This document shows positions 13,311 through 24,276 of a stretch of 57,234 nucleotides of DNA, one piece after another. Source of the DNA: Chiloscyllium plagiosum (lineage: Eukaryota); NCBI RefSeq assembly GCF_004010195.1, contig NC_057720.1:13473108-13530341 (forward strand). Reading direction: 5' to 3'. How positions within the stretch are numbered: the stretch's first letter is position 1; each line of letters starts with the position of its first letter. Under the pieces are notes generated by a model. The model did no database searches and had not been told where the DNA came from. It saw only the letters and a program-made list of their open reading frames with translations. The position numbers and the translations under genes were made by a program.

Positions 13311-13726
13311 GAAAAGTTGAATATGACAACATGTCCAGTTCACACAGAACAATTTAACCAAGCACATGGACTAAATGACCAAGGAGATATCATTCCAACT
13401 GATACAAGTCCTTCCTTCAGTCAGATCAAATCAGATGTTACTGAAAGAGAGACATGTTGCTATAGATTGCTGTCTTGCATCAACAGCATGAATGTGAGAA
13501 GGCCAAGTTTCAAATGATCATTGCAATTAAGACTATGGAAGAATAATGTGCTGATTGGCTGGCCAATTAGTTTCTGTAGAGTAACCTAAAGAAAGCTGGT
13601 AATTTGAGCATATTAAAATGTATTCCATTTGTTTGCAGTGAACAGGTGAGATGTACATCACTTCTTACATGCATTAATGGGCCATTTTACAAGTTCCAGC
13701 ACACTTGGAATTGTTTTGACAAGATT

Positions 13727-13943
13727 GGGAGAAAGTGAGGACTGCAGATGCTGGACACCAGAGTTGAAAAATGTGATGCTGGAAAAACACGGCTGGCCAG
13801 GCAGCATCCGAGGAGCAGGAGAATCAACATTTCAGCCATAAGCCCTTCTTCAGCCTCATTCCTGAAGAAGGCTTATGCCCGAAACGTTGATTCTCCAGCT
13901 CCTCGGATGCTGCCTGGCCTGCTGTGTTTTTCCAGCATCACAT
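13727..13943. mobile_element. Fold-back Penelope-derived element, family A, with 13-bp TSD
   Basis: Inverted arms around 13855; hammerhead-like CTGAAGA...GAAACGTT at 13862-13888; TSD TTTTGACAAGATT at 13714-13726 and 13944-13956. Confidence 0.85.
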
Positions 13944-15039
13944 TTTTGACAAGATTATACAATTATGTAATCAAGAATGCTTAATATGCTTAATAAAACA
14001 ATTAGTTTTTTTTAACCTATTATCTATGTGCTCTAATGGGTATAAAACGTCATGGCAGTCCAAAAAATCCAGAAACTTTTGATGCAGTTGATAATAAGCC
14101 AAAAATTAAGGAAGAAGATTGAAAGAGCTTGCATTTATATATTATCATTTGTTACAAGAAACTGGTACACACTTCCCATCAAAACTACAATAGGTGTTAA
14201 TTCCTCAGATTGAGAAGTGTTAAAGTTCAAATTTATATTACACCCCCAATTCTTATCATGTGACAAATAAGATTGGAAAAATCTGACATAATACTCTAAG
14301 TAGTCACGATGCAGAAAGATTGACATCCCAATCGAATTGGCCTACCTGAGAGATAAACAATGCCAAAGACAAAACTATACAAACAGAAGGTCTGGAGTAG
14401 ATACTGGATAACATAGTGTGGGTATGGCAGCATATAGGTTTATAAATCTTACATGAAAGGATAAAAAGCAGATGATGTTTTCCATTCTGATCACTCTGAA
14501 AGTGACTTGAAGTCTATTTCTAACTAAGTGTCACCTACTGAAAAACAAAGAGATAGTTGTCACATTTTCAGGATGTTCCCTTCATCAGGGTCCCAAGCAT
14601 TTGTGCTCTTTCTTCATTGGGTAATTTGCTATTCTAATTAATTGATTTCAGTTGCTGTATGTAGCATTCTGCATTTGCCTAGGTCACAATAGTGATTACT
14701 CCTCAAACTTAAGAAACTGTCTATGAAGAACATTGAGGCACGATTGTTATTTCCAGACTTGACTGTTCCAATAGCCTTCTGAACAGTGTCCCACTTTCTA
14801 CCTTATATAAACCAGAGTACAACCTAAACTTGGCTGCTCATATCCTAACCTATGGAAGTTCCCATCATCCATGTGCTCAGCTGACAGACATTGACTGTCA
14901 GTCCAACAACCTCTCAAACTTAAATTTCCCACCTTTATTTTCACATCCCCCTCATACCTCTGTAATCTCCTACAGCTCTTAAATCTTTGAAGGTCTGTGC
15001 ATCCATTCAAATTCATCACATTGTGTCACAGGAACATTG

Positions 15040-15125
15040 CTAAGCTGATAATGTGTTGCTGGAAAAGCGCAGCAGGTCAGGCAGCCTCCAAGGAACAGGA
15101 GAATCGTCGTTTCGGGCATAAGCCC
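15040..15125 (-). mobile_element. 5'-truncated family A fragment with 15-bp TSD
   Basis: GTCACAGGAACATTG at 15025-15039 and 15126-15140; the insert starts at hammerhead stem II (gggcttatgcccgaaac). Confidence 0.85.
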
Positions 15126-15299
15126 GTCACAGGAACATTGGCAAACAACATTTAAAGGAGGAGAGACATAGAGAGTGGCTGGGAGGAAATCCTACAGTTT
15201 GGGGTTTCGGCAGCTGAAGACATTGGTATAACAAAGAATATCAGGATTAAGCAAGTGGTCAGAATTGGAGGAACACAGAGATCTTGTAGACTCATAGAT

Positions 15300-15845
15300 C
15301 CACACATTCATAGAGTGCATTAAGGCCTTTCAGTCCATTGACTCTTACTGACATAAATACTAGTAAATGTGCACTAATCCCAATTTCCTGCATTTGGCCC
15401 ATACCCTTGATTGTTATGATATTTGAAGTTCTCATCCAAATGTTTTTTTTCCCTAATCCCCTCTGAATCTCTTGCCCTTTACCCTAAAGCTATGCCCTCT
15501 CATGATTGACCCCTCAACTAAGGGGAACAGCTGCTCCCTCTTCACCCTGTCCATACTCTTCATAATCTTTTATACCTCAAACATGTCTCCCCTCAGTCTT
15601 CTCTACTCTAAAGAAAATGATCCAAGCCGACATCGTGACTCCTTCAAGCTCAATTTCCCCATCCCAGGCAACTTGTTGGTGAACCTCCTCCATATTCCCT
15701 CTGGTGCTATCACATTCTTCCTGTAGTGAGGCAACCAAAACTGCACACTGTGCTCCAACTGTGACTTAACTGATGCTCTGTACAACTCCAACATTACATC
15801 CTTGCTATTATTCTCTATGCCACAACTGATGAAAGCAAATGTCCC
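15300..15845 (-). mobile_element. CR1 LINE 3' fragment
   Basis: KDVMLELYRASVKSQLEHSVQFWLPHYRK motif. Confidence 0.85.
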
Positions 15846-16197
15846 ATATGACGGGGAAGAGATTGGTGCAAAGTCAATCAAATAGGATAGTGGCAAGCTT
15901 CTTGAGTGCTTTTTGAGCCGCACTCATTCGAACACACCATTGCCATGAGCGCCTGTACGAGATGATTGGGTGTGAATGAGCTCCTATCTTTTAAAACCCC
16001 CTTGGTCAATTACAACACATATTTTAAATTATTTTTATCAACCAACTTTATCACATTTCAGTTAAAATAGAGTACTAGAAAGAATGAAGAAGTCAGTTAT
16101 AAGGCTCCCTTGAGTGAAAGGAAGGAGAATTTTTTGATATGATCATTTGGGAATTCAAAGTTTGAAAAGAGAATCAGACAGAGTTTGCTTTCAGTTA

Positions 16198-16855
16198 AAG
16201 AGTCATAGAGATGTACAGCATGGGAACAGACCCTTCGGTCCAACCTGTCCATGCCAACCAGATATCCCAACCCAATCTAGTCCCATCTGCCAGCACCCAT
16301 CCCATATCCCTCCAAACCTTTACTATTCATATATCCATCCAAATGCTTCTTAAATGTTGCAATTGTACCAGCCTCCAACACTTCCTCTAGCAGCTCATTC
16401 CATGTATGTACCACGTCTGCATGAAAAAGTTGCCCCTTAGGTCCCATTTATGTCTTTCCCCTCTCACCCTAAACCTATGCCCACTAGTTCTAGATTCCCC
16501 GACCCCAGGGAAAAGACTTTGTCTATTTATCCTATCCATGCCCCTCATGATTTTATAAACCTCTATAAGGTGACCCCTCAGCCTCCGACACTCCCGGGAA
16601 AACAGCCCTACTACTCAACCTCTCCCTATAGCTTAAGTCCTCCAACTCTGGCAACATCCTTGTAAATCTTTTTGAACCCTTTCAAGTTTCACAACATCTT
16701 TCTGATAGAAAGAAGACTAGAATTGCACGCATTATTCCAACAGTGGCCTAACCAATGTCCTGTACAGCTGCAACATGACCTCCCAACTCCTGTACTCAAT
16801 ACGCTGACCAATAAAGGAAAGCATACCAAACGCCTTCTTCACTCTCCTATTTACC
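16198..16855 (-). mobile_element. HER1-like CR1 LINE 3' portion
   Basis: Tail agagtcatagagatgtacagcatgg...acccttcggtcc followed by CR1 ORF2 remnants. Confidence 0.85.
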
Positions 16856-17420
16856 TCTGAAATACAATTGCTATTTTCAGGATGTCAGAAAACCATTTGG
16901 AATTGTGACCTAAATATATCATTTCCAAGAAAGTCCTGCCATATCCAGCTGTGAATGTTGGTGGAAAAGTTAAACTACTAACAGGAAGTAAGATTACACA
17001 AATCTCCACCCTCATTTTTGGGAGCTCAGCACTTCAGTGTGAAAGACAAGGTTGATGTGTTTACTTTTATCTTTGGTGTTAAGTTCTAGTTGGTGATACG
17101 ACTGGACAGGTCAGATCCCAGAATGAATTCTAGCTTGGTAGATAATATCCTTTTTTTCTCATTTAATGCAGTCATCTTTTCATCAGCTCCAAGCACGCCA
17201 GGCTGCAGATTGATTTTAACATCAAAACAGAAGCCTATTACACAAAAGAAATAAAAATAAAATAAACCACACCAAGCTATTGAAATGTGCCATAGTTTGA
17301 AATATTTCAAAACACACAGCAAAACAAAATCATATCAATACGCCTACACCATTACCTTACAGCTATTCAAAAACTAGACAAAAATCCTTCCCTATCAAAT
17401 CTTAGACTTGATTTAACTCT

Positions 17421-17742
17421 GGATATAGGTTTGCTCGCCAAGCTGGAAGGTTCATTTTCAGACATTTCATCACCATACCAGATAACATCATCAGTGAGGG
17501 TCCAGATGAAGAACTGGTGGCATGGCCTGCTTTCTATTTATGTGTTTAGGTTTGCTTGGGTTGGTGATGTCATTTCTTTTGGTGATGTCATTTCATGTGG
17601 TGATGTTATTTCCTGTTCTTTTTCTCGGGGGTGGTAAATGGGATCCAAGTCAATGCGTTTGTTGATAGAGTTCCAGTTGGAATGCCATGCTTCTAGGAAT
17701 TCTCGTGTATGCCTCTGTTTGGCTTGTCCTATGATGGGTGTA
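17421..17742 (-). mobile_element. Penelope-like element 3' end (family C, Poseidon-type) with 13-bp TSD
   Basis: Minus strand encodes IIGQAKQRHTREFLEAWHSNWNSINKRIDLDPIY (GIY-YIG C-terminal part); hammerhead core at 17461-17494; TSD TTGATTTAACTCT at 17408-17420 and 17743-17755. Confidence 0.85.
17461..17494 (-). ncRNA. Minimal hammerhead ribozyme core, family C (CpG-decayed)
   Basis: CTGATGA-T-GTTATC-tggtat-GGTGAT-GAAA-TG-TC. Confidence 0.65.
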
Positions 17743-18668
17743 TTGATTTAACTCTTTCTTCTCAGTTTCAGTCCTGTGAGGTAAGAAGTTGCTTTCTTGA
17801 ATCCTCAAACGACTGATAGTGGACTCTCTCAGTCTTTAATTAATTGATTCAATATTTAACTAAATGCTCCTTGTCTGGAAGCTTCTCAAACTACGCACTT
17901 TCACTGAGTTAGCTTATGTTTTTTATTTCATGCACTGAATAATCTTTTTCTAGGCAACACTATGCTCATCTCCCAGACCATACAGAACCTCATCATCTCA
18001 GGAGATCTCCCACCCACAGCTTCAAACCTCATAGTCCGGGAACCCCGCACTGCCCGGTTCTACCTCCTTCCCAAGATCCACAAGTCTGACCACCCTGGCA
18101 GACCCACTGTCTCAGCATGCTCCTGCCCCACTGAACTCATCTCTACCTATCTCGACACTGTCCTTTCCCTCAGTCCAGGAACTCCCCACATACGTTCGAG
18201 ACACCACCCACGCCCTCCACCTCCTCCAAGACTTCCATTTCCCCGGCCCCCAACGCCTCATCTTCACCATGGATATCCAAACCCTCTACACCTCCATCCG
18301 CCATGACCAGGGCCTCCAAGCCCTCCGTTTTTTCCCCTCCAGACGTTCCCAACAGTACCCCTCCACCGACACACTCATTCGTTTGGCCGAACTGGTCCTC
18401 ACCCTTAAAAATTTCTCCTTTGAATCCTCCCACTTCCTCCAAACCAAAGGGGTAGCCATGGGCACACGTATGAGCCCCAGCTATGCCTGTCTCTTTGTTG
18501 GATACGTAGAGCAGTTGATCTTCCGTAATTACACCGGCACCACTCCCCACCTCTTCCTCCGCTACATTGATGACTGCATTGGCGCCACCTCGTGCTCCCA
18601 CGAGGAGGTTGAGCAATTCATCAACTTCACCAACACATTCCACCCCGACCTTAAATTTACCTGGACCA

Positions 18669-19381
18669 NNNNNNNNNNNNNNNNNNNNNNNNNNNNNNNN
18701 NNNNNNNNNNNNNNNNNNNNNNNNNNNNNNNNNNNNNNNNNNNNNNNNNNNNNNNNNNNNNNNNNNNNNNNNNNNNNNNNNNNNNNNNNNNNNNNNNNNN
18801 NNNNNNNNNNNNNNNNNNNNNNNNNNNNNNNNNNNNNNNNNNNNNNNNNNNNNNNNNNNNNNNNNNNNNNNNNNNNNNNNNNNNNNNNNNNNNNNNNNNN
18901 NNNNNNNNNNNNNNNNNNNNNNNNNNNNNNNNNNNNNNNNNNNNNNNNNNNNNNNNNNNNNNNNNNNNNNNNNNNNNNNNNNNNNNNNNNNNNNNNNNNN
19001 NNNNNNNNNNNNNNNNNNNNNNNNNNNNNNNNNNNNNNNNNNNNNNNNNNNNNNNNNNNNNNNNNNNNNNNNNNNNNNNNNNNNNNNNNNNNNNNNNNNN
19101 NNNNNNNNNNNNNNNNNNNNNNNNNNNNNNNNNNNNNNNNNNNNNNNNNNNNNNNNNNNNNNNNNNNNNNNNNNNNNNNNNNNNNNNNNNNNNNNNNNNN
19201 NNNNNNNNNNNNNNNNNNNNNNNNNNNNNNNNNNNNNNNNNNNNNNNNNNNNNNNNNNNNNNNNNNNNNNNNNNNNNNNNNNNNNNNNNNNNNNNNNNNN
19301 NNNNNNNNNNNNNNNNNNNNNNNNNNNNNNNNNNNNNNNNNNNNNNNNNNNNNNNNNNNNNNNNNNNNNNNNNNNNNNNNN
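18669..19381. other. Assembly gap
   Basis: N run. Confidence 1.
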
Positions 19382-19533
19382 CTCCTTTTCCACCTATCCA
19401 CTCCACCCTCTCCTCCCTGACCTATCACCTTCATCTCCTTCCCCACTGACCTATTGTACTCTATGCCACTTTCTCCCCACCCCCCCCCTCCTCTAGCTTA
19501 TCTCTCCACGCTTCAGGCTCTCTGCCTCTATTC

Positions 19534-19561
19534 CTGATGAAGGGCTTTTGCCCGAAACGTG
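19534..19561 (+). ncRNA. Minimal hammerhead core, family A (cleavage triplet mutated to GTG)
   Basis: CTGATGA-A-GGGC-TTTT-GCCC-GAAA-CG-TG. Confidence 0.65.
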
Positions 19562-19999
19562 GATTTTGCTGCTCCTCGGATGCTGCCTGAACTGCTGTAT
19601 TCTTCCAGCACCACTAATCCAAAAACACTATTTCTGTATCTCATTTCAGTCAATGCCCAAAAATCTTTTAAATGAAAATGCCATGCTCATCCTCAACTCT
19701 GCAAAGCTAATGGCTTGCTTTTTTTCTCTCTTTGATCCATAAACTCCCAACAATAAAAATAAACTTCCATTAACATGCCAGGAGGCACATATTAGTTTAA
19801 AGGCATTGAACTGAAAGGACTACCCGACTTAATGCTTCAATCCCTTCACAAAAATTGACGAACTTTCAAGAACTGTGCACAATTCTGATTGCTGCTGTAG
19901 GAAGGATATTATTAAATTGAAAAGGGTGGAAAAAAGATTTACAAGAATGTTACTGAGACTAGAAAGTTTGAGATATATTTTGAGATATATATACCCAGA

Positions 20000-20835
20000 G
20001 TATATTTTGTGCTCTTGCCACCCTCAGTGCTTCCTCCAAGTGTGGTTCAATATGGAGGAGTATCAGCCAAGAGATGATGATATGCAGAAATCAGCAGGCT
20101 GTTTCTTTGTCCATGGTTAATGTGAAACCATGAGACTTCATGGGGTCAGGAGTCAATGTTGAGGACCCCCAAGGTAACGCCCTCCTGGCTGTATACCCGC
20201 TGTGCCGCCACCTATGCTGGGTCTGCTCTGCCAGTGGGAAAGAACATATCCAGGGATAGTGACAGTGGTGTCCAGGACATTGGCTGCAAGGCATAATTCC
20301 ATGTGAATGACTATGTCAGGCTGTTATTTGACTCATCTGCGGGACAGCTCACCCAATCTTGCCGCTCGCCTCCAGATGTCAGTGAGGAGGATTTTGCAGG
20401 GTCGGCAGGGCTGTTTCTGCCGTTGTCTTTTCCGGTGCCTAGTACGATGCCAAGTGATCTGTCCAATTTTGTTTCTTTCAGACTACATAGTGATTGATAC
20501 AACTGAATGACTCGCTATGCCATTTCAGAAGGCAATTGAGAGTCAACCACATTTCTGTGGTCTGGAGTCACAAGTAAACTGTGTTTGAAAGCAAAGACTT
20601 CTGCAAGTCAAGAAAAGCACAGAGCAGTTACCAGATCAGATTTCCCCTCTCTGAAGGGCATTAGTGAAACAGGTGCATTTTTCCAACAATTGACAATGGA
20701 TTCATAGTCTTAATTCCAGTTTATTTTTATTCAATTCAAATTCCACCATCTGCCATGGTGAGATTCAAACCAAGGCTCGCCAGAACATTAACTGATTAAT
20801 AGTCCAATAATAATACCATGGGCCATCGCCTTCCT
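20000..20835 (-). mobile_element. LINE 5' portion: tRNA-SINE-2-like leader followed by a degenerate APE endonuclease
   Basis: Minus-strand reading from ~20323: QPDIVIHMELCLAANVLDTTVTIPGYVLSHWQSRPSIGGGTA (PDIVI.E, IPGY, GGG motifs); upstream 20500-20835 matches SINE-2. Confidence 0.75.
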
Positions 20836-21166
20836 GGCAATTTACAAAGATTCAAAAATAACAACTTATCTCAAAGATTAACTCCCCAAAGGTTAAAAAT
20901 TCTTCAACATCAGGTGCCCCTTGCCAAATCTGACCATCACAGACATATATGATCTACAATATGTTAACAACTGCAATATCATTCCCCGTCTACACTGGAT
21001 TGTTAAGCCACTGTCAATTCTGCATATAAGCAACATGGCCTGGTTTTCAATGTTACTCCAACCAAATTCATTTATCAGCTCACATCTGAGCAGACAAATA
21101 TTCTGCCTGTTATATGTGCTGAAGGAGACACTGTAAAATGTGTTGAGCACTCACAATACCTTGGCA

Positions 21167-21300
21167 AAATTGGGTACTGCAGATGCTGGAGATTAAAGTC
21201 AAGATTAGAGTGGTGCTGGAAAAGCATAGCAGGAAATCTTCCTGATGAAGGGTTTTGCCTGAAACATCAATTTTCCTGCACCTCGGATGCTGCCTGATTT
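21167..21300. mobile_element. Fold-back family A element with 14-bp TSD
   Basis: ACAATACCTTGGCA at 21153-21166 and 21301-21314; degenerate ctgatgaagggttttgcctgaaac core. Confidence 0.85.
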
Positions 21301-21329
21301 ACAATACCTTGGCACCTACTTCTCTCAAA

Positions 21330-22600
21330 AGGTCACTGTTGACGTGGAGATCCAAAACCTGCACAGTCATTTGTAAACTACAGGAGCAAGTGGTCGAAAG
21401 CAAAGACCTCTGCAATTCGAAAAAGCACAGTGCAGTTGTTGCTGCCACAAGTCTGTACTGCACTGAGACCTCTATCAGTGATGAGAGTCAGACAACAGAG
21501 AAAGTAACTTGAGCCTTCAGGCCTCAGCTAATCGGGATTGCCCTGAACCATCTACACTAATCCCACTTCTCAGCACTTGGTTCACTGTCTTGAATGCTAT
21601 GACATTTCAAGTGCTCATCCACTTTTTAAAGGTTTCTCACCTCAGATATCCTCGGGGGCAGTTTATTTCAGATTGCCACCATCCTCTGGGTGAAAGAATA
21701 TTTCCTCAAATCCCCTCTAAACCTTCCTTCCTTTCACCTTAAAATTAAAATAAAAGCTAGCTGTGACAGGTATGAGGGCTGGAGAACTTCTATCAGCAAA
21801 TGCCTCCACCACATCCTTCAGACTCAACAGGAGGACTTTTGAGCAAGTGATCATGTCATTTTTGACGTCAGCGATAGAATACAGGCAAAGCTCCTGCAAA
21901 ATCAACAGCAATGGATTGGACACTCTTTCCAGTTGGTCAGAAGCTACCAACACTTCCTGTTTACTCAACTTTCAAAAAGCCAATGTTCCAAGAGAAGACA
22001 AAGAAAGAAATGTGCAGCAAAGATACTCCGAAATTCTCTTCGAAGCTTAGCAGCATTGATATGAAAGACTGTGAGGAATTTGCTAACAATTATTCAACAT
22101 TAGATTACTTACAGTGTGGAAACAGGCCCTTCGGCCCAACATGTCCACACCGCCCCGCCGAAGCGCAACCCACCCATACCCCTACATTTACCCCTTACCT
22201 AACACTACGGGCAATTTAGCATGGCCAATTCACCTGACCTGCACATCTTTGTGACTGTGGGAGGAAACCGGAGCACCCGGAGGAAACCCACGCAGACACG
22301 GGGAGAACATGCAAACTCCACACAGTCAGTCGCCTGAGGCGGGAATTGAACCCGGGTCTCTAGCGCTGTGAGGCAGCAGTGCTAACCACTGTGCCACCGT
22401 GCCGCCCACTAACATGTTGCTAACTTGCCTGTCAAGCTGCTTTGAGTCCTTACACCTTAATGCGGAGGCAGGGAAGTGCTGGAGAAGGAAAGCAAGCAAA
22501 TCCTACACTCCATGCTCCACTACCTCATGGGGCACCCTGCACTATGTGATCAAAGATCTGCGGATCAAAAACACAGGCTTTACAAACATGTGAAGCCTTG
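21330..22600 (+). mobile_element. Degenerate RTE-clade LINE C-terminal region, interrupted by CR1 (~21540-21745) and a SINE (22101-22407)
   Basis: AVVAATSLYCTET (cf. RTE LLYGSETW) and KDTPKFSSKLSSIDMKDCEEFA (cf. RTE KDTLK.SLK...ID...WE..A). Confidence 0.65.
22101..22407 (-). mobile_element. Young full-length HE1/V-SINE
   Basis: GGGCGGCACGGTGGCACAGTGG head, GGTTCAATTCC B box, intact CpGs and V-domain. Confidence 0.93.
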
Positions 22601-22692
22601 CAACAAAACACCCCTCAATCTTCCAGCGGAATAATCCTAGCTTTCCCACTAGCTAGATTTTCTAATCTCTGGAGCTACTAAAGCATTTTATA

Positions 22693-23025
22693 CATCATAG
22701 AATCCCTACAGTGCAGAAAGAGGCTATTCAACCCATCGAGTCTGTACTGTCCTTCTGAAGAGCATCCCATCCAGAAGCTATCCCTGTAACCCAGCATTTA
22801 CCATGGTGAGCCCATCTAGGCTCCACATCCTTGGAGACTACAAGTATTTTGTCACAGCCATTCCATCGAGCCTGCACATCTTTGGATTATGAGAGGAAAT
22901 TAGAGCACCCGGCAGAAAACACACAGATACAGGGAAAATGCCCAAACTCCATACAATCATCCAAGGCTGGAATGGAACTCAGGTCCCTGTCACAGTGCTA
23001 ACCACTGAGCCATCATGCCACCCAA
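22693..23025 (-). mobile_element. Older HE1/V-SINE
   Basis: catagaatccctacagtg tail through gctaaccactgagcca head. Confidence 0.75.
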
Positions 23026-23039
23026 TGCATCCTTCAAAG

Positions 23040-23640
23040 ACCTTTATGAACCGCCTAAAGTGTGGTGATCTGCATCAGATGTAAAAGCCCAGTTGTGGCC
23101 TAACCAGAGTTTTATAAAGGTTCAGCATAATATTCCTGGATTTCTACTCAATAACCTGATTTATGAAGGCCAATTTTCCATATGCATAGCTAAGCACACT
23201 CTCAATGTTCTACTAACTTTGAAAATCGAAAAGGACCATTTCCATCCACCCCTTTAGAAGTGGGCCATTAAGTCTATTTTGCCAAAATACATCACCTTAC
23301 ACCCTCTGTAGTAATTATATCTGCCACTATAGGCTGCAAGCCTATCTTTTCTGGAATCAGTTGATTAATGTCATCCTCACTATTTGCAACACCTGTAAGT
23401 TTGATACCAGCATTAAGGTTTAAAATCTTACCCTTTATTTCAATACCTGAGTAATTTATATGATCTATTAAAAAAGCAATGATTTAAGTAGTGACCTTTG
23501 GTGAAGCCCCACTGTCTGCCGTCTTCCAGTCTATAAAATAACCTTTAACCGCAATTCCCTGTTTTCTGTCCTTTAACCATTTTTGTTCTTTATAATCGAA
23601 ACAGACCTTCTAATTCCATAAGCCTCAATTTTGTTAAGTA
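23040..23640 (-). mobile_element. Old CR1 ORF2 remnant
   Basis: agttgtggcctaaccagagttttataaaggttcagcataa CR1-like signature. Confidence 0.5.
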
Positions 23641-23654
23641 AAAAGTAAAATTGT

Positions 23655-23850
23655 CATAGTCTTATTGGACTGTAGGGCTGCTCCCTTATTAGTGAGAGAT
23701 ACCTGGTGGTGGTTTAACCTGAGCGTCACCATGCTTCAGGTGAGGGGAGAGATTGAGAAGGAGAATCAGTCATGGTAACCCCATCCAGGATGTTGGTATC
23801 ACTCTGCATTGCAAACAAGCTGTTCAGCCAACTGAGCTAAATCAACCCGC
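23655..23850 (-). mobile_element. tRNA-derived SINE, third family (related piece at ~55255-55470)
   Basis: Minus head ttagctcagttggctg...; central ...ctcaggttaaaccaccaccag... and gagcagccc tail shared with the 55255-55470 copy. Confidence 0.55.
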
Positions 23851-24149
23851 ATGTAACAGGAATATGCGTGGTTATTTTTCGCACACTATCGTGAATTCCA
23901 TTTTGGCAATATTTGCTGAATTCCCTCCATCAACTTTCCCTTCATCTAATTATCTATTAGATTAGTCAAACATGATATGCCTTTTACAATCCCCACGCTG
24001 GGTCTCCTATGTCATGCCTCTCCAAGTATCTTTCATTGTTTTTCTTGATTATTGTTTCTGTGTCTGGCAGCGATTTTCAAATGACCAGCCTATAGTTGCT
24101 CAGAATTTCCTAATCCCATTTCTTGAACAAGGGTGTCAGATATTTACCA

Positions 24150-24276
24150 TGATTTGGAGATGCCGGTGTTGGACTGGGGTGTACAAAGTTAAAAATCACG
24201 CACCAGGTTATAGCCCAACAGGTTTAATTGGAAGCACTAGCTTTCAGAACGCCATTCCTTCATCAGGTGGTTGTGG
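24150..24276 (-). mobile_element. Family B hammerhead element with 12-bp TSD
   Basis: AGATATTTACCA at 24138-24149 and 24277-24288; core CTGATGA...GAAAGCTA on the minus strand. Confidence 0.85.

Larger units (their letters stand above)
17964..19623 (+). mobile_element. Penelope-like retroelement (Neptune-type RT), 5'-truncated and frameshifted, spanning an assembly gap
   Basis: [44 protein letters not shown] and FLRYIDD motifs; 3' terminal repeat with a family A hammerhead at 19534-19561; possible 8-bp TSD AACACTAT (17956-17963 / 19624-19631). Confidence 0.92.

Noticed and set aside
17086..17322. Possible minus-strand exon (PGVLGADEKM...)
   Set aside because: No recognisable homology and no partner exons.
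22330..22407. tRNA genes at A/B-box motifs
   Set aside because: These are SINE heads continuing into V-domains, with no cloverleaf or terminator.
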